Below, piece after piece: positions 1 through 13,105 of a stretch of 64,000 nucleotides of DNA. The stretch lies in contig CM060734.1 in assembly GCA_030704615.1 (NCBI GenBank), positions 55,428,001 to 55,492,000 of the forward strand, written 5' to 3'. This DNA is from Takakia lepidozioides (lineage: Eukaryota; Plantae; Bryophyta). The notes under the pieces are model-generated. The model did no database searches. It saw only the letters and a program-made list of their open reading frames with translations, and was not told the DNA's origin. Each line of letters opens with the position of its first letter. Positions within the stretch are counted from its first letter, which is position 1. Position numbers and translations under genes: made by a program.

Positions 1-1364
1 AAATGTCCAAGTTGAAGCTTCTCCTTGGGGTCCTCTGTATCGAATTGGTCAGCCCCGAATGATGAGACACAGGGTCGGATCCCTCCAGTCCCCACGGCCA
101 TAGTATACAATGCCGCATACAAAAAGGTCAATTGAGACTTTGTTGCACTGTCACACATGCCAAGGTACCGCTTGAAGTCGTTACAACCAACATCTGAGGG
201 CCTCATGTTCGGCAATGTGGCAGAAAGAGTCACAGAGTGAGACCCTGCAACAATATGATTCACTTAATTATCCTTTTCCAAATGACACTTCCAAATTCAA
301 TTGCCACAAATCAAATGAGCCGGTAACGCCATTCTCCCCTCCTATTGGGCTTTCACCAACGCATGGGGGTGAATTCCTACATTTATCATTTATTTCAAGG
401 AAGAAGGGGGAGAGGGAAGAAAAAACCGTTGACTGTGAAAAGAGGCTTTGTACTGAAATTAGGCATAAGATTCAGTAAATGCAGTACAATGTCCGTTTTG
501 AGGAAAGGTATGTATGATGATTGAAAGTTACTTACTAGCAAGTAAATCATTGAGAAGATACCAATCGTCCAGAAGCAACCTAGATAGGCATCAGCAAGGA
601 AGGCGCCCACCAAAGGTGTGAGTGCGCCAGTGCCTACCACATTGGTGATCAGGGTAGCCCCGATGGGAACTGAATGTGCATCTCATAGTACAAGTAGAAT
701 AAAAACTTCATTACAATCCCAAAGTAGGCCATTCTCTCGGCTGTCTCATTGCCTGCACAAAGTTTCAATATGCAACACAAGTCTTTTAGAAGCTCGCCCC
801 AAATTCCCATGATTATTATATGTATTTGGTAACTGAGTGACAACACTTCTTTGGCCACACACTATGCGTTTGAACCCTATGGGCGCCTTTATGTAGAATA
901 CAACACTTCCAGTATCCTCATAACTTATAAGAACCGAGTTATAAAAAGACTTGCATCTAGGTCTGTTAGTTGACCAACAAATTAATGGACTAGCTCAGTT
1001 CCATTGTGGCTTAAAAAGATAGAGCCTTGCACTTGTAAGTTATTGCTTGTAAGTGGAACGTAACATTACCAAAAATGAAGATAGCAGCTCGGCAACCACC
1101 CGTCTTGGATGTGTTCAACATTAGTCGACCCCGGACGTCAACAGCAGAGTTTCCGATGATATACTCGTCTACAAATTTAGGATCTGTTGGGATGGTCATG
1201 GGCCTCTCATAGTCGATTGGTGGCAAGATTTGTTCAGCTCGCTTACCAGTTCCGTTTGACAGGACCGTGACTGATAGGTTCTGGCTTCCATTGGCATCAA
1301 AACGTGGTGCCAATGTTGGGCAACGCGAGAGATGATACTCTCTGATTTGACCCTGCAGCATCAT
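1..1364 (-). pseudogene. NPF/PTR (NRT1/PTR) nitrate/peptide transporter, NPF6.1-like; 5' part only (runs off window start); two 1-nt frameshifts
   Basis: Exons 1070-1364, 536-752 and <1-244 have GT-AG boundaries. Joined peptide: TGGCRAAIFIFGNETAERMAYFGI (ExxER motif)...LVGAFLADAYLGCFWTI...LYTMAVGTGGIRPCVSSFGADQFD. One base is missing in the C-run at 658-661 and one near 235-238; each puts a stop in frame. Confidence 0.88.
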
Positions 1365-4356
1365 TTTGCCCCACGTCCTTGCTTGAACTTGACTGCCAAA
1401 ACACCCACAAATTACTGATGATCAGTGAGGTTCAATTCTTTTTTCATCTCTGTGTTTCCACTTTGTAGTACATGGCCCTGGGTGCCCCGTGGATTTTTTG
1501 TTTCTGTTCCTTGGAACCAGATGAGGTAACCATGTGGCATGAATTCTTTCTCCCATCTTTCTGGGTATAAAATGCAGTCCCAAAATATCATGTCCAACTA
1601 AGATGGCCGATCAATTGGGTCACCCATAAACACATAAGTGGATTCACTCCAAGCAAGAACGAAACAAGTTAGCACTGCAAAGCTAGGATCGACACTCCAT
1701 TCAGAAAGAAGAGGCTCAAGTGCTAGAACGTCTCAGAAGCAATTAGACCCTTCATACACCAGAAGTGGTCATTATGCTGCGCCAGTCCACGGACCCCAAG
1801 GTAATGTACCCCATGGCCAACACCAAAGACCAAATGATCACTACCCACCATAATTATATTGCTTCGTTGCTTCTTCAAAGCTGCACTTCACACCTCCAAC
1901 ATCCCGCAAGTATCTGCCCTTGGATCAGGACGTGAGGACCTGCTCACCGTACTCTTGAAAGATTACACCCTCCCCAAGAGAGATAAAGATAAAGATAAAG
2001 ATTCTTTAACGTCCAGTGAATTTACAGAGCCTCAGAGAGAGAAAGAGAGGGAATGTGAGACAATCAAAGAGAATGACTGATGATCCGTTATTTGAATGCA
2101 ACCCAACATATACTCCCACGTGACACCACTTTGTAAATTTTTGAGCTGCCCAGTCAATTTTAGCTATCTAGTTTTGTTCAATACATCATTTAATTTTATT
2201 CTTACGTACAAATTCAGGAAAAAAGAAAAGAAAAACAATGCCCTTGTCGGACGTTTATTTGGGATTGCTAGAATAATGTATATTATTATTATTTTAATTT
2301 ATTATTGGACTTGTATATGTCATTCTCCATCCTGTGCCATTAGCGTCGAGAGGAGAGTGTTAGCTGCTCTCATTGGTGGATTGGCTGCTACGTTTTCACA
2401 CACTGTTTTGTCCATAGGACAAAATTGCCAAGTCATCACCAACACCTTCAAAACTCAACGGACAAGGCAAGCAAATTTGGGCCCTTAGTAAGTGGGTGGT
2501 ACCAAATTCGAATTCAGACTAATAACTATCTTCTCAATACGGTCTTTTATTTTCTGTCTTAATATTTCTCTTAAAACTCATTTCTCTTCATAGCCAACTG
2601 TCCGTATCTTTTTTTCTATTTTTAAATAGGGGACAGAGACTCTTCTTGCCACTCCATTTCTTTAGTAGTACATAGTAAGTTGAAAAAGTTAATAAATATA
2701 TAGATTATATTTTAAAAATTTATCTAAATTTCTTTAATACAATTAACTTGGTATGTTAAAATATGTCAAGTGACCTCAAAATAGTGGGAGTTGCAAATAT
2801 GACCAAGACCAAGACCAAATAATTAAACAAGTTACAACCATAGACCTAGTCTTGTATCTTGTGCGTTTAGTAGAGTTTGCCAATAGTGCCAAATGTAGCA
2901 AATACCCAAGTGGTGATATTTCATGAGAAAATGTTGACCTGATTTGCCTCAAGTTTTGATGAAGTGATAATCGTCACATTGCGTCACATTCAAAGTTTAG
3001 AACCTAAATTGAAGAAATAGTTTTATCACAATATACGTGTGTTCCATTAAACTTTCATGAGGACTCAACCACTACGTGGGTTTTCAAGTTTGCACCTGGA
3101 TCCCGATCTCTACCCGATCCTATCAAATATTCTAGTAAAAAAATTGTGAACATAGTAGAAATCCACCCACCCTCTTTGCTCGTCATTAGACGCAACCTGC
3201 CTCAAAATCTGACCAAGGCTGATCAGTCCAAGGAAGCGAAACCATGTGCAACCATGTTGAAATGATCATGGTGGCTGAGTTCAAGTTTTTCGACATAGAA
3301 TCGAATTGAAAGCCACGGATTTGAATTTATAAATAACAAAGTTGATCTCCGTGCAACATCTGCAAATTGCTATAAGTTGAAAACCCCAAGTTGCTCTGGC
3401 GCAATGTAAAGGGGCTCCACAATTTGCGGTGAGAGAGCTTGAGGACTTAGTTTTTTTTCAAGCTTTCCTCAACGCATCCAGCACAAGTCCCATCAATAGC
3501 TTGACAATGTACTGAAACTAAGCTCAGTATTCAGTAACTCATGCAGTCTGTGAAGTCAGCGCTATGGCTTTGTCCTAATCCTTCAATTCTCTGTTGAACT
3601 AACATAACTCTTCCTCGTCACACACCCCCCCCCCTTTCTTCTTCTCTTCCATCTTCTCTTTCCCTCAAGCTCACTGTCTTCCCTCTATCATCCACGAACT
3701 CCTTTTCTCGTTTCTTTCTCTTTCCCTAGCTAGTGGCGCGATTCCCCGCAATCACATTAAGAGCAGATTCTCCCTCGACAGAAACAGCCATCCTTAGCGG
3801 GCGATATTAAGCTCCTTTGCACTCCTCCAGCTCAGGTTGGCAATATACCCCCATAATGTAGAGCGAAAGTCTGCTGCGTTCATGGACACAACGCAAGCAG
3901 TATTACTCCTGAAGCATTTGGGCGGCTCCATCTATGGCGGCTAATTATCGCAGGGGAGTGATCCTTCCCCCTCCCCTTCTTTCATGACATGCTTTTACCC
4001 CCCCCAAAAAAAGACTTGTCTGCTTTCAATCCTTGTTTGGCTTGCAGCTCTCGATCGAAGGATGACTGTCAGTTATTGAATGAGTGCTTCTTCATACATC
4101 TCCATTCTGCAAGATACATGCTGCTCCATACGTTCTTCGATGTGATTGCCCGTTACACCCATCTATAAGCTGGGTGTGACCTGGTGCTCCCAGGCCTTTC
4201 TAGCCGAACTCCTTCATTGACACATTTCTATAGTGCTCCCTCTCTTCTTGTCTGGTGCGTGACATCGCTTGTTAAGAATTGGTGGGACTTGTATGTGATA
4301 GTGTTGGTGTGGATACAAGCTTTGACAGTGGTGCCTCTTTTATCTAAGTTACAGCC

Positions 4357-5619
4357 ATGAATGCCCGAGGAACAACAAGCAAAAGAGGAAACAGAGGCAG
4401 CTCTGCGCCACGCTCGGGAGCAGCCCAACGCTCTCACTCCGCCCTAGCTGTCCATAGAGGGAAATCAAAGTGGATTATAAAAAACATCTTCATCTCCAAT
4501 GGATCGGGAGACTCCATCTTGGGCAAAGGTTCAGGCCCATCGCTCGATATACAATCCCCATTGTCAGACGAAGGAATGTGGGAAGACTCCATACCCCAGG
4601 AGGTCGCCGGACAGCCTGTACTGGCCCTGGATAAGGAGAAGCTTAAATCCCAGGCGCAAAAACTCTCTCAAAGGGGGATTGTACTCTATTTCCCGGGCAA
4701 ACTCGGGTCTAGGAAATCGGTTCGCGGATGGATAGCCTTGCACCTTGGCGCTGAAGGAGGACTTGCTCATCACTTTTGCTTGCCCATGGGCAGAGGTTTC
4801 TATCTGGTTCTTTTTTGTTCTCTAGTGGAAGCAAAGATGGCGCTACAGTTCAATACCCAGACTTTTGCTGTGAAGGTTTTCATTTTTCCTTAGACCCATG
4901 GCTGGGGCCACAAACAAGGAGTAATGTGGAAACCAAGGGTCATTGCAATTCCCTTTCTACCTGCGACATGCTTAACTTCTCTCCTAGAAATCGGTGCAAG
5001 CTTCAACACGTTCATTGGTTCCCTCAACGTTTTTGAGCCAATTCAGGATACCAGTGCAAGAAGCGTTGATACGGAAATTGTGCACTTCGATTTCAACAGG
5101 GATAACAGAGTTCCAAAGCTGGTAGTGCTAATGCCGGAGTCTAAGCCAATAGGTACCTCCATCAAACTCCCCACATTGGATGACTCGTTCATTGTCGTTG
5201 CAATCAGGGAGGAGCTCATCTCCACAATATGCTTCCAGTGTGGTGGTGAGAATCACGTTCGCTCCTGCTGTCCAAAACTGGGCAGGAACTCTATCTTGTA
5301 TGCAACCAATGGTAATCTCCCACATTTTGACAAGACAGAATCATCTTTTAAAAATGGGATACCGAACGACGCTGCACAGGTTCAGGGGGAGCTAACATGG
5401 GGATTATTCAAGGGGGACAGACTGCTAAAAAAAGAAAAAGATCAAGTGGGGGCTTGGCCAAATGGATTCATCCCAACCGCCCATACGACACTAACCCTGT
5501 CAGAGTCAAAGATGCTTGGGCTTCATTTCCTTTCTCGGAAGAAGAACTGCAGTTATTGGGCAGTGCTAGTCTCACAATCTCCTTTCTCAAGCTCCATTCC
5601 TTCTCAAGAAGGCCGCTAA
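4357..5619 (+). pseudogene. LINE ORF1 (DUF4283-like plus CCHC zinc knuckle), frameshifted
   Basis: ORFs 4357-4893 and 4924-5619; MGRGFYLVLF motif and CxxCx4Hx4C knuckle. Confidence 0.75.
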
Positions 5620-6679
5620 CCGGTTGGGCCTCTGGATCTGCATATGCTCGCGACAGAGCTGCAATTTGTGTTACTCCTCTTGTCTACACGTTCTCTGAAG
5701 AGTACACAAATTTTTGCATCCAAGATGATGGAGAAGGCTTCCGCTCGGCCTAGGTTGAGGAATCCATTTCCGAGAATTTCGGTGTTGGAAGAGAGAAGGA
5801 TATCACTCTTCTCTTGACAAATCAGATTCTCAATGAGTTCTTTCCTCACATTTCCCTCTCTCTATCTCATCTGCAGCACATATGCATCATGGTGGAAAAC
5901 AATGACACCCTTGTAAATCTGGCAGTCATTCATGTACTCCCAATTTTCCACTCCAGCGACCTCCAAGATATGCACAAACCGAACAAGGGGCTGTGGGTAG
6001 ACGGATTTGGTTTGTCCTACAGGGTAGACAACCTTACTACTTGGGCCCGCAGCTCCCTCATCCTGGAGGAAGGGCAGCGAATGGTGGCTGAACTTGAGAG
6101 TTCGCAGAAGCGCAAGGGTCTGGCATACAAGAAAAACAAGAAAAATCAGGAATTGGAGCCTAACAACATCAAGGAGATGGTGCTTTACAAAGAGGCTGCC
6201 ATGTTGTTGTCTTCCAATGTGGCGCAAAAAATCACTGAGCTGCTGCAGCCAGAGGAGACGGAAGCATAACATCTCATGCTTACGCTCCTCTCTTGTTCTT
6301 TGTGCTTGATGCATCCAACATAAAAAAGGGCTGGATTTTGATGCTTCAATACACTTTTGGAGATCACAAAATGCTACCTGGCTGGTGTGATGTTGACATC
6401 CCTCTACATTCAAATGAAGCTGTCTGTTTTCTTTCTTCCAAACTAGCCTGGGAGCTGTCATTGAAGGACCTATCTGTACTGACAGATACCAGGAACCAAT
6501 TTATGGAATGGGATTGTACTAACAAGAGGAAAAAGTCTAGGCAGTTCTTTGTTTGGAATTTTTCTGTTGCCCTACCCCCCCCCCCCCCCCAGCTGGGTTT
6601 AGGTGGATTCACACATTAACGCTTCATTCCCTCTTGGCCATCAAATCGTGGTGAAACCACGGGCATATTCACGAACTTC

Positions 6680-9600
6680 ACCCTATTTAGCTGGAACATC
6701 CGAGGAATAGGCTTTGATCACTCTGCCCCGAAAAGGGCAAGAATCAGACACTGGACCTCAAATCTTATTAACCGTTCTTCTCTTATTTTCCTCCAAGAGC
6801 ATAAGCTAGATTCAGCTAAAATTGCTTCGCTGGGTGCTTCTACTTGGCCTTCTTCATCTGCCTTTTCGAACCCTACGGTTGCCGATTCCTGAGGGGGAAC
6901 TACGATTTTGGTCTCCCCTTCTTTGGGCCCTAGCATTCTGTCAAATGAGATTTGGGTCCAGGGTCGTGTACAGCTTGTTATAATGAACCTTGGCCCGACC
7001 ATTGGGAATATAGGGGTTCTCAATGTCTATGCCCCAAACAATGAAGAAGAGCGGGTAGATCTCTGGTCTAATATGAGGGTGAAAGTTCTGCAGCATGTAC
7101 ACATTCAGCACTCACTACAGGAAAAAAAGGGGGTTTTGGACGTCGCGGCGTCGGAAAACAACCTTTATGAGTAGGGGGGAAGAACCAAATTTGCGACGCC
7201 CGGGCGTCGCCAAAAAAACGTCGCAAATTTGCGACGCCGACGCGATTTGCGACGCCCGGGCGTCGAAAAAAAAAAACCCTACTATACAATGCAGAATTAG
7301 CACCGTCCGGGTGTCGCAAAGTGCGACGCCCAGACGTCACAATTTAAGGAGGTACATTTGAATTTAGGCGGGAAAATTTGAATTTCAAAAACTTGTTGAC
7401 CATTGGCTCCGACGTTGACCATTGACTCCGGTTCTGTCTAATGGCAATATGTTCATTGTTCTACATATATCATGCAATGCATACTTGAACTAAGACCTCT
7501 ACGTTTTAACATTTCTAAGACACTACAAACTAACCAACACACCTACGTTACATCTATGTATCACAAAAGCAATCTAAATATATATACATACATATAAATA
7601 TTTTCTTCAAGTTCCTTCAAGTTCTTCTAAGGGGGTATCTCTTGTGACGTCGGGGAGTTGCAACCTCCACAGTCTTAGTGCCCAGCCCCAGCCCCAGCGT
7701 CGTTGTCGTTGTCGCACCTCCCCACCGTCAGGCGCCCAAAATGACGTCCTTGTGATGACCTAAGCTGACCACAACACCATTGCGACCCACTATGGCGACG
7801 TCGTTGCGAACCCCTAGCGTCGCAACGTTGGACGTCCGCGGGGCGCCCCTAGCGACGCTTTTGTGAAGTTGAGGGCAAAAAAAAACCCAAAAAAAAAAAA
7901 AAAAAAAAAAAAACTCCCACTGTGGTGATGCTGTTGCGACGCCCCGGCGTCGTAGAGGCGTTGGGGCGCCCTTAATGACGTTTTTGCGACGCCGAGGCGT
8001 CGCAACGTCCAAAAAATAAAACAAAAAATAAATAAATCTTTTTTGGGATTTCCGACGCCGAGGCGTCACAAGAAAAAAAATCCGTCGCAGCGAGGGCCTT
8101 CTTTTCCCCTTCATGCCACCTTACGACGGCTGGGCGTCGTAACGGTGTCGCAGCGGGGGATTGCGACGTCGGGGCATCGCAAAAAAGCGCCGCAGGCTCG
8201 GCGTCGCGGGCTCAACACCGCGCGGGGCGTGGGGTGCGGCTGGCATCGCAAACCCCCCCCTCATTTGTTGTAGTGACTGGTTGGTAGGTGGTGATTTCAA
8301 TATGGTTGAGTTTGATAATGACTGTTTTGGCTCCAACGTCCATGGTCTCTCGGTCGCTGAAAGAGACTCCTGGGACTCACTCTGTCTGGCAATGGGTCTC
8401 TTAGATGCCTCCCCACCAAACCTCTCGCTCGCTCGGTTAGACAGGTTCTATTGCTCAGCCCACTTGCTCAACTGGTTTATAAGATCCCCTATTGTTCCAA
8501 TAGCCCCTGGCTTTGATCATGCCCCAATCCAGCTATCTCTCCACACCCCTGGGTCAAGGGTCAAGGGAAGGGGTTTCTTCAAATTAAACCCGACACTACT
8601 CTTAGACCAAAAGGTCATTCTTCATCTCCAAAGGGTTTGGTCCTCTGCTGACCTCCCCTCCTCTCACTCCTCCCCCACTCTTCTTTTTCTGTCCAAACTT
8701 CACAACCTCATAAAAGTATGTCAGGAACTGTCCAAGAAAAAGGCAGAAGAGACCTCTAGAAAAGAGAAAGCCCTCACAAAGTGCCTTCATGTCTGTCAGT
8801 TTCAACTTCAAAGCGGAAGAGACGATGCTCAGACATGGATATCTTATAACACGGCTAAGAAAAACCTGTCACTGCTTATCCACTGCAGAGAGCACTTCAT
8901 GAGAATTAAAGCTGGGATCAACTGGTCGCTTAAGGGGGAAAAAATGTCTAAGTATTCTTCGTGATCACTCTGGCCTTCCATCTTCCGTGCCAAAAAAGAT
9001 GAGCAGTATTGCTGCAGCTTTTTTCAAGCAGCTTTTTGAGAAAAGAGACCATACACCAATGGTGGTGGAGGCAAGGAACACTTTACTGAGCAACATTCCC
9101 TGCTCCCTTTCTGCAATGGATAATGCCAAGATGGATGAACCTTTTATTACAAATGAGTTGGTAAGGCGGTGCATGCCTTGACCTCCCTCAAAAGTCCAGG
9201 CCCTGATGGCCTCCCAATAGAATTGTTCAAGGCTCTATGGTCAACCCTAGGAGAAGACTTTCTTAGTATGGCTAATGACATCCTACAGAAACAGATAATG
9301 CCCTCTCAAATCTCTGAAGGTCTCATCACTCTCATTTACAAGAAGGGTGAGAGAGATAATGTGGCTAACTATAGACCCATTACATTGCTAAATTTAACGT
9401 ACAAGATCATTGCCAAGGCTCTGGCTTTAAGGATCCAACCTCTGTTGCCTAGGATTATCAAAAAGGAGCAGACTGGTTTCCTAAAAGACCGCATGATTTT
9501 AGACAACATTTTATTGGCTCATGAAGCACTTCATAGAGCTTCTATCAACAATCAGCCTTTGGCTTTCTTGATGCTTGATTTTGAAAATGCCTTTGACTCT

Positions 9601-12078
9601 ATAGATTGGACCTTCCTCCTAGCTGCTCTAGAAAAGACAAGTCTGAATGGTCATTTCTTGTCTTGGGTTAAGATTTTGCTGCAGTCGGCTTCCAGTAAGG
9701 TAATGGTAAATGGTGTCATATCCAATGCCTTTCCAATCTCTAGGTCGGTCAGGCAAGGGTGCCCCCTGGCACCTTTTTTTTTTTTCTGATTGCAGCCGAC
9801 TCTCTTGGGCATCTCTTTGAAGCAAGACATGACATTGTAGGCCTCCATCTCCCTACATTTTTGCCGGAGATGGTCAAACTATCTATGTACGCCGATGACA
9901 CATCCTTGTTGTTGGACAACTCAACCCAAGCCAACATTGATACAACTATGCAGGCCCTACAAATATTCTGCCTAGGATCTGGTCTAAGGATCAACTGGGG
10001 AAAATCTATGGGTACTCTCTCGCAGTTGCAAAATCAAGCATCCTCTTCGCATTGCAATCCTTGGGGGCAAGACCTGGGCTTGAAATGGCTTCAAGATGGT
10101 CAGTCACACACACTCCTAGGCCATCAAATTGGACTTAACTTGTCTTAGCAGAGCATAATGCAGGCTGTGCTTACAAGGTTAAAAAGATCTCTGGCCCATT
10201 GGAGTTCGTCAATGTTATCCATTGCTGGTAGAGCACTGGTGGCCAACCAATGCTACTTGGCTCCTGTTGGTTTTCAGCAGCTGTTTGGGACCCAAGTACA
10301 ACAATGGTGAAGGAGATTAAGGCTCTAATCCGAAACTTCATTTGGGGTGCAACAACGCAAGCTCTTGTCAGACGAGCACTTGTCTCTTGGGAGTAGCTCT
10401 GTCAATCAAAACGCAAGGGAGGTCTCGGGATTTTAGACCCAACAACGCAAATTAAGGCATTGTTGGCCAAATGGATCCCGAGAGCTATAGCTCATCGCCA
10501 TAGCCCCTGGAGCAAATTGATACAGCCGTACCTGATGGGTGCAATGCCTACATCATCCACTTTATGGGCACAATCCTTGCGTTGGATCGTACAAGGCAGA
10601 AATGCAAATGTACACCTGGGATCCCGCCCCTGGCAGTCAATTTGGGCGGCTTCATAGTCCGTCAGGTGCTCTCTCACCCAAAGACCTCCCCTGAATTTTG
10701 CGGAGGCCTACCGTCAACCTCTTTTTGGGAACAACAATATGAACTCTACCATGTTGTTTCAGCAAACACCTAAGTGGGCGTTTTGGGAACAATCTGGCTT
10801 CATACATTTAGGCAGTATTTGGGAGAATGATCAATTTATGCCTGCTACGGAGGTCTCTCGTTTCGTAGGCCCTAGACGTGCCAGGTCCTGGCCTTCATTG
10901 ATTGCAGCTGTGCCAGATTACATGCCTCCCTTGCTCAGAGACAGAGACCTCTGGACTTTGCCTGCCTGGACGGCCTCCACAACCAATGGTGGAAAACATG
11001 GTCCTCTTGGTTCTATCCGTGGAGGGAAGCATGGCTTCGGGCATTGGTTTTATGCAGATTATAAGGGCAACCTGCAGCTTAGGGGTTCTATGGACATGCA
11101 TAGGCAATTTTTGTTTCCCATTAGGATGTTGGATGACAAAAGAAATGCCAACCCAACACTGCCAACAGGGCTGGAGATGCAATGGGCATACCATTGTTCT
11201 TTGATTTGGTTTTTATCTTACCCTCTGGATGCCTTGCAGTTTGACCCGGGTGAATGGAGCTGGAAAGATGAAAAGAAATCCCCCTTCTTTGCCTACTTAG
11301 TCAAATTGGGTTACACTCTCATGAAACCTGCTACATCTTTCTTGGCCGAGTGGAATGAAAAATGGGGGCATCTCAGCCTCACGCAACCTGTTTGGGACTT
11401 AGTGTGGAAGGATATCTGGAAAAAGAGAGACCAGCCAAAATCCAAGGCTTCTTATAGAAGATAGCTCACAAAATTTTGTTAGTCCATGTTAAGACTCAGC
11501 TTAATAACACTATTTGCAATCAATGTCTGGCCCAGCCTGAATCCATCGAGCACTATCTCGTGGAATGCTTTCTTCCAGCTAGAGTATGGCGAGTGGTGCT
11601 GCATTTCTACTCTAATTGGGAGTCATTCCCAACCCCTACCCCCTCCTCTTTGCTCCTTCTGAATTTGCTACCAGGCAACACTCTTTGTATTTGCCCAGTA
11701 TGGGCTAGTCTTAGGGCTCTAACTATGTATAGAAGGCTAGATGCAAATTTGTTTATGAGGGAAGACCCCCAAGGCGCAGGTCCATTCTTTTCTGCATCTA
11801 TCAGGACCTACTCACTGAGGGGAGGAAAGCGCGGGGCATATTGATTGTAGCTCTTTCCAAATGCTCCGAACAACGAGGGAGGAAGCTCATCGATGCTTTT
11901 CATGAGTCCTGGGGTAAAAGTGGCGTTCTCGGAACCAACTTTCCCAACATGCGGTTCCACTGGCAGGTCACTACGCCTGCTGCCTGGGATGTCCCCTGGT
12001 GAAGGCGAGGATGGAGACTCCAATTGGAGGCACAAGAAGGCGCGAGTTACCAAGTCTAGAACCCAACTGCGTTTTTAG
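6680..12078 (+). pseudogene. LINE ORF2 (APE endonuclease - reverse transcriptase - zf-RVT), multiple stops and frameshifts
   Basis: Collinear motif order across ORFs 6908-7174, 8161-8964, 9169-9789, 9759-10148, 10739-11464 and 11476-11844. Confidence 0.92.
7113..8275. mobile_element. Non-autonomous CACTA (En/Spm) element, 1163 bp
   Basis: Termini CACTACA...TGTAGTG; 3-bp TSD ACT (7110-7112 and 8276-8278); many GCGACGCC/GGCGTCGC subterminal repeats in both orientations. Removing it restores the LINE endonuclease frame QH-WLVGGDFN. Confidence 0.95.
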
Positions 12079-13105
12079 ATCATCATCTGCTGGGTCTCTA
12101 GTCAAGCTTTAATCTTTACTCCATGTCTTGCTTTCTACGATTCAACCTTTTCTCATTGCGTGATAGAACTCCTTTCCTATCACCTCCATGCTAGTTTTGC
12201 TAGCTCAGATCTCCCTTAGAACTCCATGCTGCATCTGCTCCCTTCTAGAACACCTGCTCTCTGCTACATCTGCTTCTGTTTCTTGATTTAGCTGGTACTC
12301 TTATGTTACGGGGAAGTTTTCCCTCGGTGAGCCTTTACGGCCTCCCTAGGTGGTTATTTTTTCCACCTGTTTGGACACTTTTTATTTTAATTTGATTAAA
12401 AGGGCCTTGTTCCCCCTTCTCCGGAAAAAAAAAAACAAAAAAAAAACCCCAACTAGAATATAACAAGAAGTGCCCGCGAGGGGAAGAGGTTTTTATTAGC
12501 TAAGGGTGGCCTCAATATATATGAGAAAACAATAGTATTAATGTAAGAACTTAATGCACGTGTGCAATCTGACTGTGCTCTCGTTGAATGCAGGCAACAC
12601 ATTGAGCTGCTTCTCCATGGGGGCCCTATCACATGATCCCCGCCCCTTGACTCAGATTCATGGATGCAAGCTAGCATAATTGTGGATCTCTATAAATTGT
12701 AGCAAGTGTAATTCTGGGTTGGTGTAACCCTGGATAGTGTCACCCTACATCTTGAGTAATTCCTCCTAGTCCACGTTATATTTAGTCAAATTTGGACACT
12801 ATCAAAATTTGAGACCAAGTGTGAGTTATGCCGAGTAGAGTTACACTCCCCCGCCACGTAATTGGGTGTAACCCCAAGTGGAATTAGTGTCACCATGTGT
12901 CTTTGTAACTCCTATTAGTCCATTTTATACTAAGCAAAATTTGGACTTCATCAGATTTTGAGATCAAGTGTGAGTTATGCCGAGTACAATTACACTCCCT
13001 TCCATGTAACCCAGTGTAACCCCGAATGGAGTTACATTCCATGACATGTAACCCGGTGTAACCTCAAGTGGAGTTAGTGTCACCTCGTGTCTTGTCTAAC
13101 TCCTC
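11771..13105 (+). repeat. Copy 1 of a ~1.33-kb direct duplication (LINE 3' end, poly(A), left part of the TA-TIR element)
   Basis: Near-identical to 21201-22524 plus 29021-29046; both copies start aaggcgcaggtccattcttt and end gtcttgtctaactcctc. Confidence 0.95.

Larger units (their letters stand above)
4357..12446 (+). mobile_element. L1-type LINE retrotransposon (LINE-A), near full length, decayed; interrupted by a CACTA element at 7113-8275
   Basis: ORF1 remnants (4357-5619) resemble DUF4283 and contain the zinc knuckle CFQCGGENHVRSC. Endonuclease: SWNIRG...FLQEHKL...NVYAPN...WLVGGDFN...ARLDRFY...DHAPI. RT: KSPGPDG, YRPITLLN, RQGCPLAP, YADD. zf-RVT: CNQC..ESIEHYLVEC. Poly(A) tail at 12425-12446. 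The 5' boundary is approximate. Confidence 0.93.

Noticed and set aside
2900-3010. Motif gtggtgatatttcatgagaaaatgttgac shared with 29935-30130
   Set aside because: Short dispersed repeat with undefined boundaries; too little evidence to classify.
12452-12495. Possible Helitron 3' end on the minus strand (short hairpin plus CTAG|T)
   Set aside because: The hairpin is weak and no matching 5' TC end or Rep/helicase sequence was found.
11771-13105. The direct repeats as LTRs of a retroelement enclosing 13106-21200
   Set aside because: No TG..CA ends, PBS, PPT or TSD; the repeat consists of a LINE tail plus part of a MITE.
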